A stretch of DNA of 64,000 nucleotides from Alphaproteobacteria bacterium (GCA_005884685.1 VBAH01000017.1:147152-211151), one strand, 5' to 3'. Counted from the first letter of the stretch, positions 49,117 to 57,157 are shown. A program made the numbers and translations. The notes: generated from the sequence alone by a model not told the origin.

Positions 49117-49817
49117 GCCGCCCTTCCCGCCCCCATCACCCCGCCCTCGTTCGCCGCGCCCCCCGGCTCGAACCGTGCGTTGTTGATCGCCTCGATCGAG
49201 CGCTCCACCGCGCTCCATAGCCTGGCGATCTCCATGCCGGCCGCGGTCGCGGGGCCGATCTCGGCGGCGCTGGCGCCGGCCGCGAGCGTCGACTGGAAGC
49301 CGGCGCGCTGGCTGATCTGGCCGGACCACACCGGAATTTGCAAACCCTCGAAGTAGGCGCGCGAGTGCGCGACCAGGTTTGCCTCCTTGTCGTCGCGCTT
49401 GACCGGCGCGGCGTTGATCACCACAGCGTAGGGCCGGTCGCGCTCACGCGCGACCTTCACGGTTTCGCGCACGGCGGCGAGATCGAAGAAGCCGGGGCGC
49501 GCCGGGATCAGCACCATCGTGGCGGCGCGGATCGCCTCCTGCACCACCACCCACATGGTCGGCGCGGTGTCGATGAACACGTAGTCGGTGCCCTCGATCA
49601 TCGCGAAAGCGAGCGCGCGGTCGAGCCCGCGCTCGGGCGTGACCAGCTTGGGCAGGCCGTCCTTGCGCAGCGAATGCCAGAGCGAGAGCGAGCCCTGCGG
49701 ATCGGCGTCGATGACGGTGACGCGCTTGCCCGCCGCCTGCGCCTGCGCGGCAAGTTGCGCGGTGAGCGTGCTCTTGCCGGCGCCGCCCTTGCGGGACGCG
49801 AGCGTGATGACGTTCAT
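49113..49817 (-). CDS. Orphan ParA/MinD-family ATPase (copy 1)
   Basis: Deviant Walker A SRKGGAGKST, ...IDADPQGS..., 234 aa. No ParB-like neighbour. Confidence 0.85.
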   Translation of the reverse strand: MNVITLASRKGGAGKSTLTAQLAAQAQAAGKRVTVIDADPQGSLSLWHSLRKDGLPKLVTPERGLDRALAFAMIEGTDYVFIDTAPTMWVVVQEAIRAATMVLIPARPGFFDLAAVRETVKVARERDRPYAVVINAAPVKRDDKEANLVAHSRAYFEGLQIPVWSGQISQRAGFQSTLAAGASAAEIGPATAAGMEIARLWSAVERSIEAINNARFEPGGAANEGGVMGAGRAA

Positions 49818-49861
49818 GGAGCCACTCCTTGCCTGTGGCCCGTGACGGTGGCGCCGATATG

Positions 49862-49877
49862 GTTAACCAAAGGTTAA
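49862..49877 (-). promoter_or_regulatory. Perfect CtrA-box consensus TTAA-N7-TTAAC
   Basis: Minus strand reads TTAACCTTTGGTTAAC, 45-60 nt upstream of the ParA-like start. It is the only full TTAA-N7-TTAA site I found in the window. Confidence 0.5.
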
Positions 49878-50018
49878 TATGGGCTGGACCAAAGCTGCCG
49901 CGGCCGTCTTCACGTTCGTGCCATTAAGCACGCTGCCGTCTCGTGATTCCGGGTTGGAACAAATCCGGCCATAAAGCGTAGCTAGCGTGCGATTGTTCAG
50001 TTCGGGGAACGGGTACCG

Positions 50019-50693
50019 ATGCCGCGTTATATCGTCCTTGCCTTCTCGGCCTGCATGCTCGCCGTGCCCGCCCAGGCCGCCGTCACGGTCACCATCGACA
50101 AGTCGATCCAGCAGATGACCGTCGAGGTCGACGGGCGGCCGCTCTATCATTGGCCGGTGTCCACGGGGAAAGGCGGCCAGTACGACACCCCGAGCGGCAA
50201 GTACAAAGCCTTCCGCATGGAGCGCGACCATTTCTCCAAGGAGTGGGACGACGCGCCGATGCCGCATTCGATCTTCTTCACGCAGAAGGGCCATGCGATC
50301 CACGGCAGCTTCGATGTGAAGCGGCTCGGCACGCCCGCTTCGCATGGCTGCGTACGGCTGTCGCCGGCGAATGCCGAGAAGCTCTACGCGCTGGTCGAGC
50401 AGGAAGGGGTGCTGAACACCACCGTGATCCTGACCGGCGTTGCGCCGTCCGGCGCGCCTGCGGTTGCAAGGCGGCGCCTGCCGCGTTCCGACGGCCTCGA
50501 CGAGGATTACGTTCAGCCGCAGCAGCAATTCGGCCCGCGTTACGGCTCGAACCAGCCGGTCTCCGGCAATCCGTATTACTCGCAGCAATACGTGCAGCCG
50601 CAGTATCAGCCATACGGCCAGCCCTACGCGCTGCCGCGGCCGGGCACGATCTTCCGCGACCCGTATACGGGGCAGCTTTACCAGCAGCGGTAG
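50019..50693 (+). CDS. L,D-transpeptidase (YkuD domain) with Q/Y/P-rich C-terminal tail
   Basis: Signal peptide followed by catalytic ...HGSFDVKRLGTPASHGCVRLS... Confidence 0.88.
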   Translation: MPRYIVLAFSACMLAVPAQAAVTVTIDKSIQQMTVEVDGRPLYHWPVSTGKGGQYDTPSGKYKAFRMERDHFSKEWDDAPMPHSIFFTQKGHAIHGSFDVKRLGTPASHGCVRLSPANAEKLYALVEQEGVLNTTVILTGVAPSGAPAVARRRLPRSDGLDEDYVQPQQQFGPRYGSNQPVSGNPYYSQQYVQPQYQPYGQPYALPRPGTIFRDPYTGQLYQQR

Positions 50694-50777
50694 ACCTCCC
50701 AGGCTCGAGCGCCGCCGCGCTGGAGCAACTCCCAAAGTCGCCGTAATCTCCGCGCACATGTGGCGGCGGGGAACTCG

Positions 50778-52574
50778 ATGGCGACCAGCGGCAGGATGTT
50801 GTGGCAGAGCGCGGCGGCGGTAGCGGCCGCGCTGTTCGTCAGCGCCATCGCGCTCGGCTCATCCGACACGTCACACGCGCAGCCGGTGCCGAAGGATCAC
50901 CGCGCGCAGAAGAAGGCGCCGCCCGCGAAAGGGCCGGTGCAGCCGCTGCGCAGAGGCCCGCAGGCGGTCGGACCAAATCGCGTCGTTGCGCCGCAGCGGC
51001 CGGCGCTCGCGCCGGGCGCGATGCCGCAAGGCGCGCGGGTCGCGCCGCACGTCAATCCGGCGCTCAGGGGACCGGCCCGCTTCGGCAGCAATCAGCCAGG
51101 CAACCGGGCAATCGGCAATCAGCCTGGAATGCGCGCGCTCGGCAACCAGCCGCGCGGCGTCACCAACCGCGACCCGCGCCTGCGCGCCGTAAATGCGCGA
51201 ACGCCGCAGCTGCGTCAGGTTCAGCGCACCACCCATCGCAACGAACTGTTCGCGCTGCGCAGCCGCCTGCCGGTGCGTCCCCTGCCCGGCGAGCGCAATT
51301 TCACCGGCGTGCCGCCCATCGCGGAGAACCGCTTCGTCGATACCGAGATGGTTTGCCAGTGGGGTCCCGACATGACGCAGGCCGGGATCGATGCGATCGC
51401 ACGCCAGCACAACCTGACCATCCTGGCGGTGCAGCGCTCGGCGCTGACCGGCGGCACGCTCGTGCACTTCCGCATCGGCGGTGGTCGTCCGGCCCGCGAC
51501 GTCGTGCGCGCCATGGAGGCCGAGCGAATCGTCTCGCAGCCGAACTATGTCTACGACGCCGTGCAGCAGCCGGCGGCCGCGGAACCAAGTGGCGCCAACT
51601 CCGAGCAATATGTCGTCAGCAAGCTGCGCCTTGCCGAGGTGCACAAGATCGCGACCGGCAAGGATGTGCTGATCGCCGTCATCGATTCCGAGATCGACCG
51701 GAAGCATCCCGAGTTTGCCAACGCGATCGCCGAGCAATTCGACGCGGTCGGGCAGCCGGAGAAGCCGCATGCGCACGGCACCGGCATGGCGGGCGCGATC
51801 GTGTCGCAAAGCCGGCTGATGGGAATTGCGCCCGGCGCCCGCGCTCTCGCGGTGCATGCCTTCAGCATGAGTGCGCAGCAATCGCCGCAGGCGACCACGC
51901 GCCACATCATCGCGGGCCTTGAATGGGCGCTGACCAAGGGGGCGCGCATCGTCAACATGAGCTTCGCCGGGCCGTACGATCCGATGCTTGCGCTTGCGAT
52001 GAAGAAGGCGTCGGAGAAGGGCGTGATCCTGATCGCCGCGGTCGGCAATGCCGGGCCGAAATCGCCGCCGCTCTACCCTGCCGCCGACCCGCATGTGATC
52101 GGCGTCACCGCGACCGACGAAGCCGACGGGCTCTTCAAGGGTGCCAACGTGGGTGCCCAGGTCGCGGTCGCGGCGCCAGGCGTCGACGTGATGGTTCCGG
52201 CGCCGGCCGAGGCCTACCAGCTCACCACCGGCACCTCGGTCGCGGCCGCGCATGTCTCGGGCGTTGCCGCCCTGTTGCTCGAGCGGCATCCCAATGCCGA
52301 TGCCGCAACCGTCCTGGAAGTGCTGACCGCGAGCGCGACCAAGCTCGGCACCGACAAGCGCGACGATCGCTTCGGCTGGGGCCTGATCGATCCGCTGGCG
52401 GCGCTCGCCGAACTCGACGCGCGCCTTGCCGACACCAAGGTCGCCGGCGCCACGCCCGCTCCCGCGACGACCGCAGCGCCCGTGAGAACTCCGTCCGCTG
52501 CCGCACCCGCCCCGGCTGCCGCCGCGACGAGGCCTGCGCTGCCGCGCCCAGGCATCTACGTGCCCAAGCAATAA
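50778..52574 (+). CDS. Secreted S8-family (subtilisin-like) serine peptidase
   Basis: Catalytic triad contexts VIDSEID, HGTGMAG and GTSVAAAHVSG. Signal peptide, then a Pro/Arg/Asn-rich repetitive N-terminal region. Confidence 0.88.
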   Translation: MATSGRMLWQSAAAVAAALFVSAIALGSSDTSHAQPVPKDHRAQKKAPPAKGPVQPLRRGPQAVGPNRVVAPQRPALAPGAMPQGARVAPHVNPALRGPARFGSNQPGNRAIGNQPGMRALGNQPRGVTNRDPRLRAVNARTPQLRQVQRTTHRNELFALRSRLPVRPLPGERNFTGVPPIAENRFVDTEMVCQWGPDMTQAGIDAIARQHNLTILAVQRSALTGGTLVHFRIGGGRPARDVVRAMEAERIVSQPNYVYDAVQQPAAAEPSGANSEQYVVSKLRLAEVHKIATGKDVLIAVIDSEIDRKHPEFANAIAEQFDAVGQPEKPHAHGTGMAGAIVSQSRLMGIAPGARALAVHAFSMSAQQSPQATTRHIIAGLEWALTKGARIVNMSFAGPYDPMLALAMKKASEKGVILIAAVGNAGPKSPPLYPAADPHVIGVTATDEADGLFKGANVGAQVAVAAPGVDVMVPAPAEAYQLTTGTSVAAAHVSGVAALLLERHPNADAATVLEVLTASATKLGTDKRDDRFGWGLIDPLAALAELDARLADTKVAGATPAPATTAAPVRTPSAAAPAPAAAATRPALPRPGIYVPKQ

Positions 52575-52683
52575 TCGGATGGCGTTGAAACTGTGGAGGC
52601 ATGCCGTGCATTGATCGGCATGCGTTGACCGTGCGCGCCTCCGCGCGCTAGTGGACAAGCCGGAATCACAACTCCTCGCCAGA

Positions 52684-53184
52684 ATGCCCGCCCGCAAGAC
52701 TCGCAAGAAAACCCGACCGAAACTCAACGGTGCGCATCCCTTTCGCGTCGGCCGCTCGCGTACCGGCCTCGGCGTATTCGCGACCGAGCCGATCGGCAAG
52801 AACAAGTACATCGTCGAGTACACCGGGCCGCTGCTGACCAACGCGCAGTGCGACGAGGCCGCCGACAATCGTTACTGGTTCGAGGTGAACTCGCGCTGGA
52901 CCATCGACGGCTCGCCGCGCTCAAACGTCGCGCGCTACATCAATCATTCCTGCCGGCCGAACGCCGACCCGATGATCCGCGACCGCCGCATCTGGATCAA
53001 GGCGATCAAGAACATCGAGCCGGGCGAGGAGATCAACTACGATTACGGCAAGGATCACTTCAACGCCTACATCAAGCCGCATGGCTGCCAGTGCGACAAA
53101 TGCCGCGAGAAGCGGCGCAAGGAGCGCGCCGAAGTCCGCGCCGCCAATGCGCGCAAGCGCAAGCGCGCGGAGCGGGCAAGCTAG
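52684..53184 (+). CDS. SET-domain protein (putative protein-lysine methyltransferase) with basic tails
   Basis: ...GLGVFATEPIGKNKYIVEYTG...ARYINHSCRPNA...GEEINYDYG... plus a Cys cluster HGCQCDKC. A GTG start at 52651 is also possible. Confidence 0.85.
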   Translation: MPARKTRKKTRPKLNGAHPFRVGRSRTGLGVFATEPIGKNKYIVEYTGPLLTNAQCDEAADNRYWFEVNSRWTIDGSPRSNVARYINHSCRPNADPMIRDRRIWIKAIKNIEPGEEINYDYGKDHFNAYIKPHGCQCDKCREKRRKERAEVRAANARKRKRAERAS

Positions 53185-53191
53185 TGCCGTC

Positions 53192-53345
53192 GTCATTCCG
53201 GGGCGCGGGTCCTGGCCCGCGCGCCCGGAATCCATAATCGCAGACGTCCGTTTGTTCGCCCGACGGTGCGGCTCGCTGTGTGCTCGACCGCCAGAATCGG
53301 GGTTATGGATTCCGGGCTCGCCGCTGCGCGGCGCCCCGGAATGAC
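53192..53345. repeat. Inverted pair of GTCATTCCGGGG...CCATAA hairpin units (F 53192-53238, R 53301-53345), 62-bp spacer
   Basis: Each unit is itself a hairpin (ATTCCGGGGCGCG...CGCGCCCGGAAT). The two units are inverted, with the CCATAA(C/T)C ends facing inward. Confidence 0.85.
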
Positions 53346-53403
53346 TGGGGAGGGAGGCACCGATCACATTCTGCTGATTGCCGCGATGCCCCGCGCACCT
53401 GAT

Positions 53404-53414
53404 CCCGGAATGAC
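53404..53414. repeat. Isolated half-unit CCCGGAATGAC of the same family
   Basis: 11-nt match to the outer end of an R unit. Too short to be certain. Confidence 0.3.
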
Positions 53415-53473
53415 ATAGGCTCCTCCCGCCCTCTTGGGGCGCGCGAAACGATAATCGAGGGAGGAATTCGGAA

Positions 53474-53959
53474 ATGCGTGCGTTTTACTTGTCCGCCTTG
53501 CCGCTCGTGTGTGCACTGAGCGTGCCCGCCGAAGCGCAACTGCTCAATCAGAAGGCCATTCCGGCCGCGATGGCGCTGACGATCGCGCAGGTCGCGATGG
53601 ATACCTGCAAGACCAACGGCTACGCGGTGTCGGTCAGCGTGGTCGGACGCGCGGGCGAAGTCATCCTTCAGGTGCGCGGCGACGGCACCGGCCCGCACAC
53701 GGTCGAGAACAGTTTCAAGAAGGCTTACACGTCGCGCACGTTCCGCAGCTCGTCGGGCGACTTCGCGAAACGGCTGAAGGACAATCCGCTGCTCCCGTTG
53801 ATCCACCTCAGCAATGTCGTCGCGGCGCAAGGCGCGCTGCCGATCAAGGCGGGGGACGACGTGATCGGCGCGGTCGGCGTTTCCGGCGCACCGGGCGGCG
53901 AGAAAGACGAAGTCTGTGCCCAGGCTGGCATCGACAAGGTCGCCGACCAGCTGAAGTAA
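53474..53959 (+). CDS. GlcG/HbpS-like heme-binding protein (DUF336)
   Basis: Signal peptide followed by ...AVSVSVVGRAGEVILQVRGDG...IGAVGVSGAPGGEKDEVCAQAG... Confidence 0.85.
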   Translation: MRAFYLSALPLVCALSVPAEAQLLNQKAIPAAMALTIAQVAMDTCKTNGYAVSVSVVGRAGEVILQVRGDGTGPHTVENSFKKAYTSRTFRSSSGDFAKRLKDNPLLPLIHLSNVVAAQGALPIKAGDDVIGAVGVSGAPGGEKDEVCAQAGIDKVADQLK

Positions 53960-53969
53960 GTGAGTTCCT

Positions 53970-54119
53970 GTCATTCCGGGGCGCGGGCAACAGCCCGCGA
54001 GGCCGGAATCCATAACCACGGCTCTATCGATTCAGGACTGGCGGGTCGCCAGCGAGCGCGATCTCATCGGTCGTGTTTATGGATTCCGGGCTCGGCGCTT
54101 CGCGCCGCCCCGGAATGAC
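53970..54119. repeat. Inverted pair of the same hairpin units (F 53970-54019, R 54073-54119), 53-bp spacer
   Basis: Same architecture as the other pairs. The R unit and the spacer are translated as the C-terminal 31 codons of the DUF1194 ORF. Confidence 0.85.
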
Positions 54120-54794
54120 ACCGGCGATCTCGGCGATCAGCTTCTTCAGAATGGCCTCGCCGAACGTCTCGAAATCCTTGGCCGCAATCACAAAGGCGCC
54201 GGGGCCGCCGATGACATTTTCGCGGTAGTAGTGGTCGAGATCGGGCTCGAGCGCGAGGATCGGCAGTCCGTTGATGCCCACACCTCTGGCGACGGCTTCA
54301 TCGCGCGCCTGGCTGGCGGAACGGCCGCGATTGTTCGCGCCGTCGCCCGAAATGTCGATCACGCGACGCGCCGCCCGATAAGGATTGTCGAACAACAGCG
54401 CCATCGCGGTGTCGATCGCACCCGAGATCGACGTGCCGCCGCCGAACAGCGCGCGCGGCGCCGCCGCGATCTTGTCGGCAAAGGCGTTCGCCGAAGCCGC
54501 ATCCGAGATCTTCGTCCACGGCACGGCAGTGACCTGCAGCGCGGGCCCGGTCCATTGCATCATGATCACGGCGATCGATTGTGTCGGCCCCGACTGGATC
54601 GCGCCGATCACGCGCGGGTGGCGGAACGCCGCGACGTAGCCCTGCTTCTGCAGCTCGAAGCGCACGCGGTCGACGCTGCCCGAGGCGTCGACCGCGAGCA
54701 CGAGGGCGAGATCGACGGCTTGCGGCGATTGCGCGGGCGCTGGCGCAACGAATGCAAAGAGGCACAGGACAAGAGTGCGAATGAGCGTCCACAT
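54024..54794 (-). CDS. DUF1194 (vWA-like) secreted protein with a repeat-derived C-terminal extension
   Basis: MWTLIRTLVLCLFAFVAPAPAQS..., LVLAVDASGSVD (MIDAS-like), ...IDISGDGANN... The tail VIPGRREAPSPESINTTDEIALAGDPPVLNR is encoded by repeat DNA. Confidence 0.8.
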   Translation of the reverse strand: MWTLIRTLVLCLFAFVAPAPAQSPQAVDLALVLAVDASGSVDRVRFELQKQGYVAAFRHPRVIGAIQSGPTQSIAVIMMQWTGPALQVTAVPWTKISDAASANAFADKIAAAPRALFGGGTSISGAIDTAMALLFDNPYRAARRVIDISGDGANNRGRSASQARDEAVARGVGINGLPILALEPDLDHYYRENVIGGPGAFVIAAKDFETFGEAILKKLIAEIAGVIPGRREAPSPESINTTDEIALAGDPPVLNR

Positions 54795-54803
54795 GCCTCG
54801 CCC

Positions 54804-54989
54804 GTCATTCCGGGGCACGCCCAAAAGCGCGTTCACGCGCGTCTGCGACGGGCTATGGGCGTGAGCCCGGAATCCATAACCACGACGCGCGCATGTGAGC
54901 ACAAGACGTGCCGCGGCGCCTCAGAAATTACTCAAGGTCTGTGGTTATGGATTCCGGGCTCGCGGGCCAAGCCCGCGCCCCGGAATGAC
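54804..54989. repeat. Inverted pair of the same family: long-variant F unit (54804-54883, 80 bp) and R unit (54941-54989), 57-bp spacer
   Basis: The F unit carries a nested extra hairpin (CACGCCCA...GCGCGTTCACGCGC...TGGGCGTG) inside its loop. Confidence 0.85.
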
Positions 54990-54998
54990 GGCGGCGCG

Positions 54999-55679
54999 CT
55001 AAGCCGCGACCCGGTGCATCGCGGCGCCCGCGTAGGCGCCGTGGATCGCCTTCACCGAGCGGTCGATCGCGCCCCACAGCGCGGCGACCTCGGCGGCGGC
55101 CGGAGAATCCGCGTCATATTCCCGCGCGCCCTCGCCGTATTCGAGCGAGAGCGAATAGATCGTGCGATGCGTGATCTGACCGGCCCAGACCGGCACGTTG
55201 AGGCTGGCGAGCACCTCGCGCACCTGCGTGACGAACGGCGACTCGGTGTTGTCGCGCCGCGGCGGCACCGCGTTGATCACCAGGGCGAACGGCTTCTTCG
55301 ATTGCCGCGCGAAGTCGATCGTCTCCTTCACGGCCGCAAGATCGAACACCGCAAGCCGCACCGGGATGATCACCAAAGTCGCTTCGCTCATCGCATCGGT
55401 CGCCATGCCGGACATGTTCGGCGGCGTGTCGACGAAGGCCCATTCGACCCCGTCGGCGCGCGCCTGCTCGACGATCTCCTTGACGCCGCCGCGCGTCCCG
55501 TTGCGCAGCTGCGGCTCGGCGGTGCCGCGCAACTTGTGCCAGAGCGAGATCGAGCCCTGCGGATCGCAGTCGATCAGCATGCAGCGGCGCGAGGGCCGGT
55601 TGGCATGCGCGGCCAAGTGCGCCGTGAGGGTGCTCTTGCCCGAGCCGCCCTTGCGCGAGGCGAAGACGATGACGTTCAT
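54999..55679 (-). CDS. Orphan ParA/MinD-family ATPase (copy 2, paralog of 49113-49817)
   Basis: SRKGGSGKST, IDCDPQGS. Colinear with copy 1 over its whole length. No ParB-like neighbour. Confidence 0.85.
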   Translation of the reverse strand: MNVIVFASRKGGSGKSTLTAHLAAHANRPSRRCMLIDCDPQGSISLWHKLRGTAEPQLRNGTRGGVKEIVEQARADGVEWAFVDTPPNMSGMATDAMSEATLVIIPVRLAVFDLAAVKETIDFARQSKKPFALVINAVPPRRDNTESPFVTQVREVLASLNVPVWAGQITHRTIYSLSLEYGEGAREYDADSPAAAEVAALWGAIDRSVKAIHGAYAGAAMHRVAA

Positions 55680-55691
55680 GCGCGCGACCCC

Positions 55692-55764
55692 GATTCGCGT
55701 GATTTGGCAGAATCTAGCATGGCTCTTGATTCGGCCCTAAGGAGATCGGCAAAGTCTTTGAGTC
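55692..55764. promoter_or_regulatory. Cluster of four GANTC (CcrM methylation) sites in the parA-like/prmA divergent intergenic region
   Basis: GATTC 55692-55696, GAATC 55710-55714, GATTC 55728-55732, GAGTC 55760-55764. Confidence 0.45.
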
Positions 55765-55770
55765 CGAAGC

Positions 55771-56646
55771 ATGAACAGCCGCCGAAATACCACCGTCGCC
55801 CGCCTCGTCTGCGACGAGCGGACCGCACGGCGCGTCGCCGACCTGCTCTCTGATAATTTCGACTCCTCGGCGACTGCCGTTGCGGCATTCGAAGGCGCAG
55901 ACCGGCGCTGGCACGTGGAACTGCATTTCGAAGCGCCACCCGACGAGGCGGCGGTGCGCGCGATGGTCGGGGAGGCCGGCGGCAACGCCGCGGACCTGGG
56001 CTTCGGGCAGATCGAGCAGAAGGACTGGGTCGCGGCGAGTCTGGCTGAGCTGAGGCCGGTCACGGCCGGCCGCTTCACGGTGCATGGCGCCCACGACCGT
56101 AGCCGGGTTGCGCCGAACCGGCTGGGCCTCGAAATCGAGGCCGCGCTGGCGTTCGGGACCGGGCATCACGGCACCACGCGCGGCTGCCTGCAGGCGCTGG
56201 ATGAGGTGCTCAAACAGCGACGCCCGAGGCTGGTTCTCGATATCGGCACCGGCACCGGCGTTCTCGCCATTGCGGCCGCCAAGGCGCTGCGCCGTCCCGT
56301 GCTGGCGAGCGACATCGATCGCGAAGCGGTGACAATCGCGCGCGAGAATGCACGGCTCAACGGCGTCGGCCCGCTGGTGGAATGCCTGTACGTCGGCGGA
56401 TTGAACGCGCGCCGCTTCCAGGAGCGTGCGCCGTTCGACCTCGTGCTCGCCAATATCCTGCTGGCGCCACTGACCCGGCTTGCCGGCCCGATGCGGCGCC
56501 TGCTTGCGCCGAAAGCGCGCGTGGTGCTGTCAGGATTGCTCGCAAGCCAGGAGAATGCCGCGCTCGCCGCTTACCGGCCGCACGGGCTCAAGCTCACGCG
56601 TCGCATTCCGTTGGGTGAATGGGTGACGCTCGTCCTCAGCGCGTGA
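55771..56646 (+). CDS. prmA: Ribosomal protein L11 methyltransferase
   Basis: ...AFGTGHHGTTRGCL...VLDIGTGTGVLAIAA...ASDID... Confidence 0.92.
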   Translation: MNSRRNTTVARLVCDERTARRVADLLSDNFDSSATAVAAFEGADRRWHVELHFEAPPDEAAVRAMVGEAGGNAADLGFGQIEQKDWVAASLAELRPVTAGRFTVHGAHDRSRVAPNRLGLEIEAALAFGTGHHGTTRGCLQALDEVLKQRRPRLVLDIGTGTGVLAIAAAKALRRPVLASDIDREAVTIARENARLNGVGPLVECLYVGGLNARRFQERAPFDLVLANILLAPLTRLAGPMRRLLAPKARVVLSGLLASQENAALAAYRPHGLKLTRRIPLGEWVTLVLSA

Positions 56647-56860
56647 ACGGATAGGCGCTGTCGCCAGCCAAGGTGGCCGTGTAGCCGTACTTCTTCAGCA
56701 GGTCCTCGGGGACGAGATGACGATGCATCGCCAGCTCGCGCACCGCTTGGCGCATCCGCGCCTCCGCCATTGCATCGAAGAAGCGCGCGAACAGGCTGCG
56801 CTTGGTCGCCGGCCGGGTTTCGGGGAACGCGGTCGGCGCGTGAAAAGTGGCAGCAGTCAT
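56636..56860 (-). CDS. Small conserved-looking hypothetical protein
   Basis: 74-aa ORF, convergent with prmA and overlapping it by 11 nt. Plausible composition, no domain recognised. Confidence 0.45.
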   Translation of the reverse strand: MTAATFHAPTAFPETRPATKRSLFARFFDAMAEARMRQAVRELAMHRHLVPEDLLKKYGYTATLAGDSAYPFTR

Positions 56861-57157
56861 TGGAAGTTCTCCTGATCTTTCCGGGCGTCAGGCGAGGCCT
56901 GCGCCCTGGTCTTCAGTTCTTGCACTGCAACATATGCCAGCCAGACTGCCGGAGTAGGCCTGCGGGTGCATGGGAGTCGCGCCAAACCAGCATGCAGACG
57001 TAACAATTTGGAAAGTATTCGATCACATTCGGGAATGATAACCGCGCGCACCGGAAATTTTATATTGCATTGCACACAAAGGCGCCAAGCGGCCGAAATC
57101 CGGGGCAGTCCCCTGGTCGTGATTGCCGCGCCGGAACGCGCTCAATAGATTGCCGGG

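Noticed and set aside
49956-49980. Second EcfG-like motif, GGAAC-N16-CGTA, upstream of the L,D-transpeptidase gene
   Set aside because: There is a mismatch in the short -10 element. It is too weak to call without comparative data.
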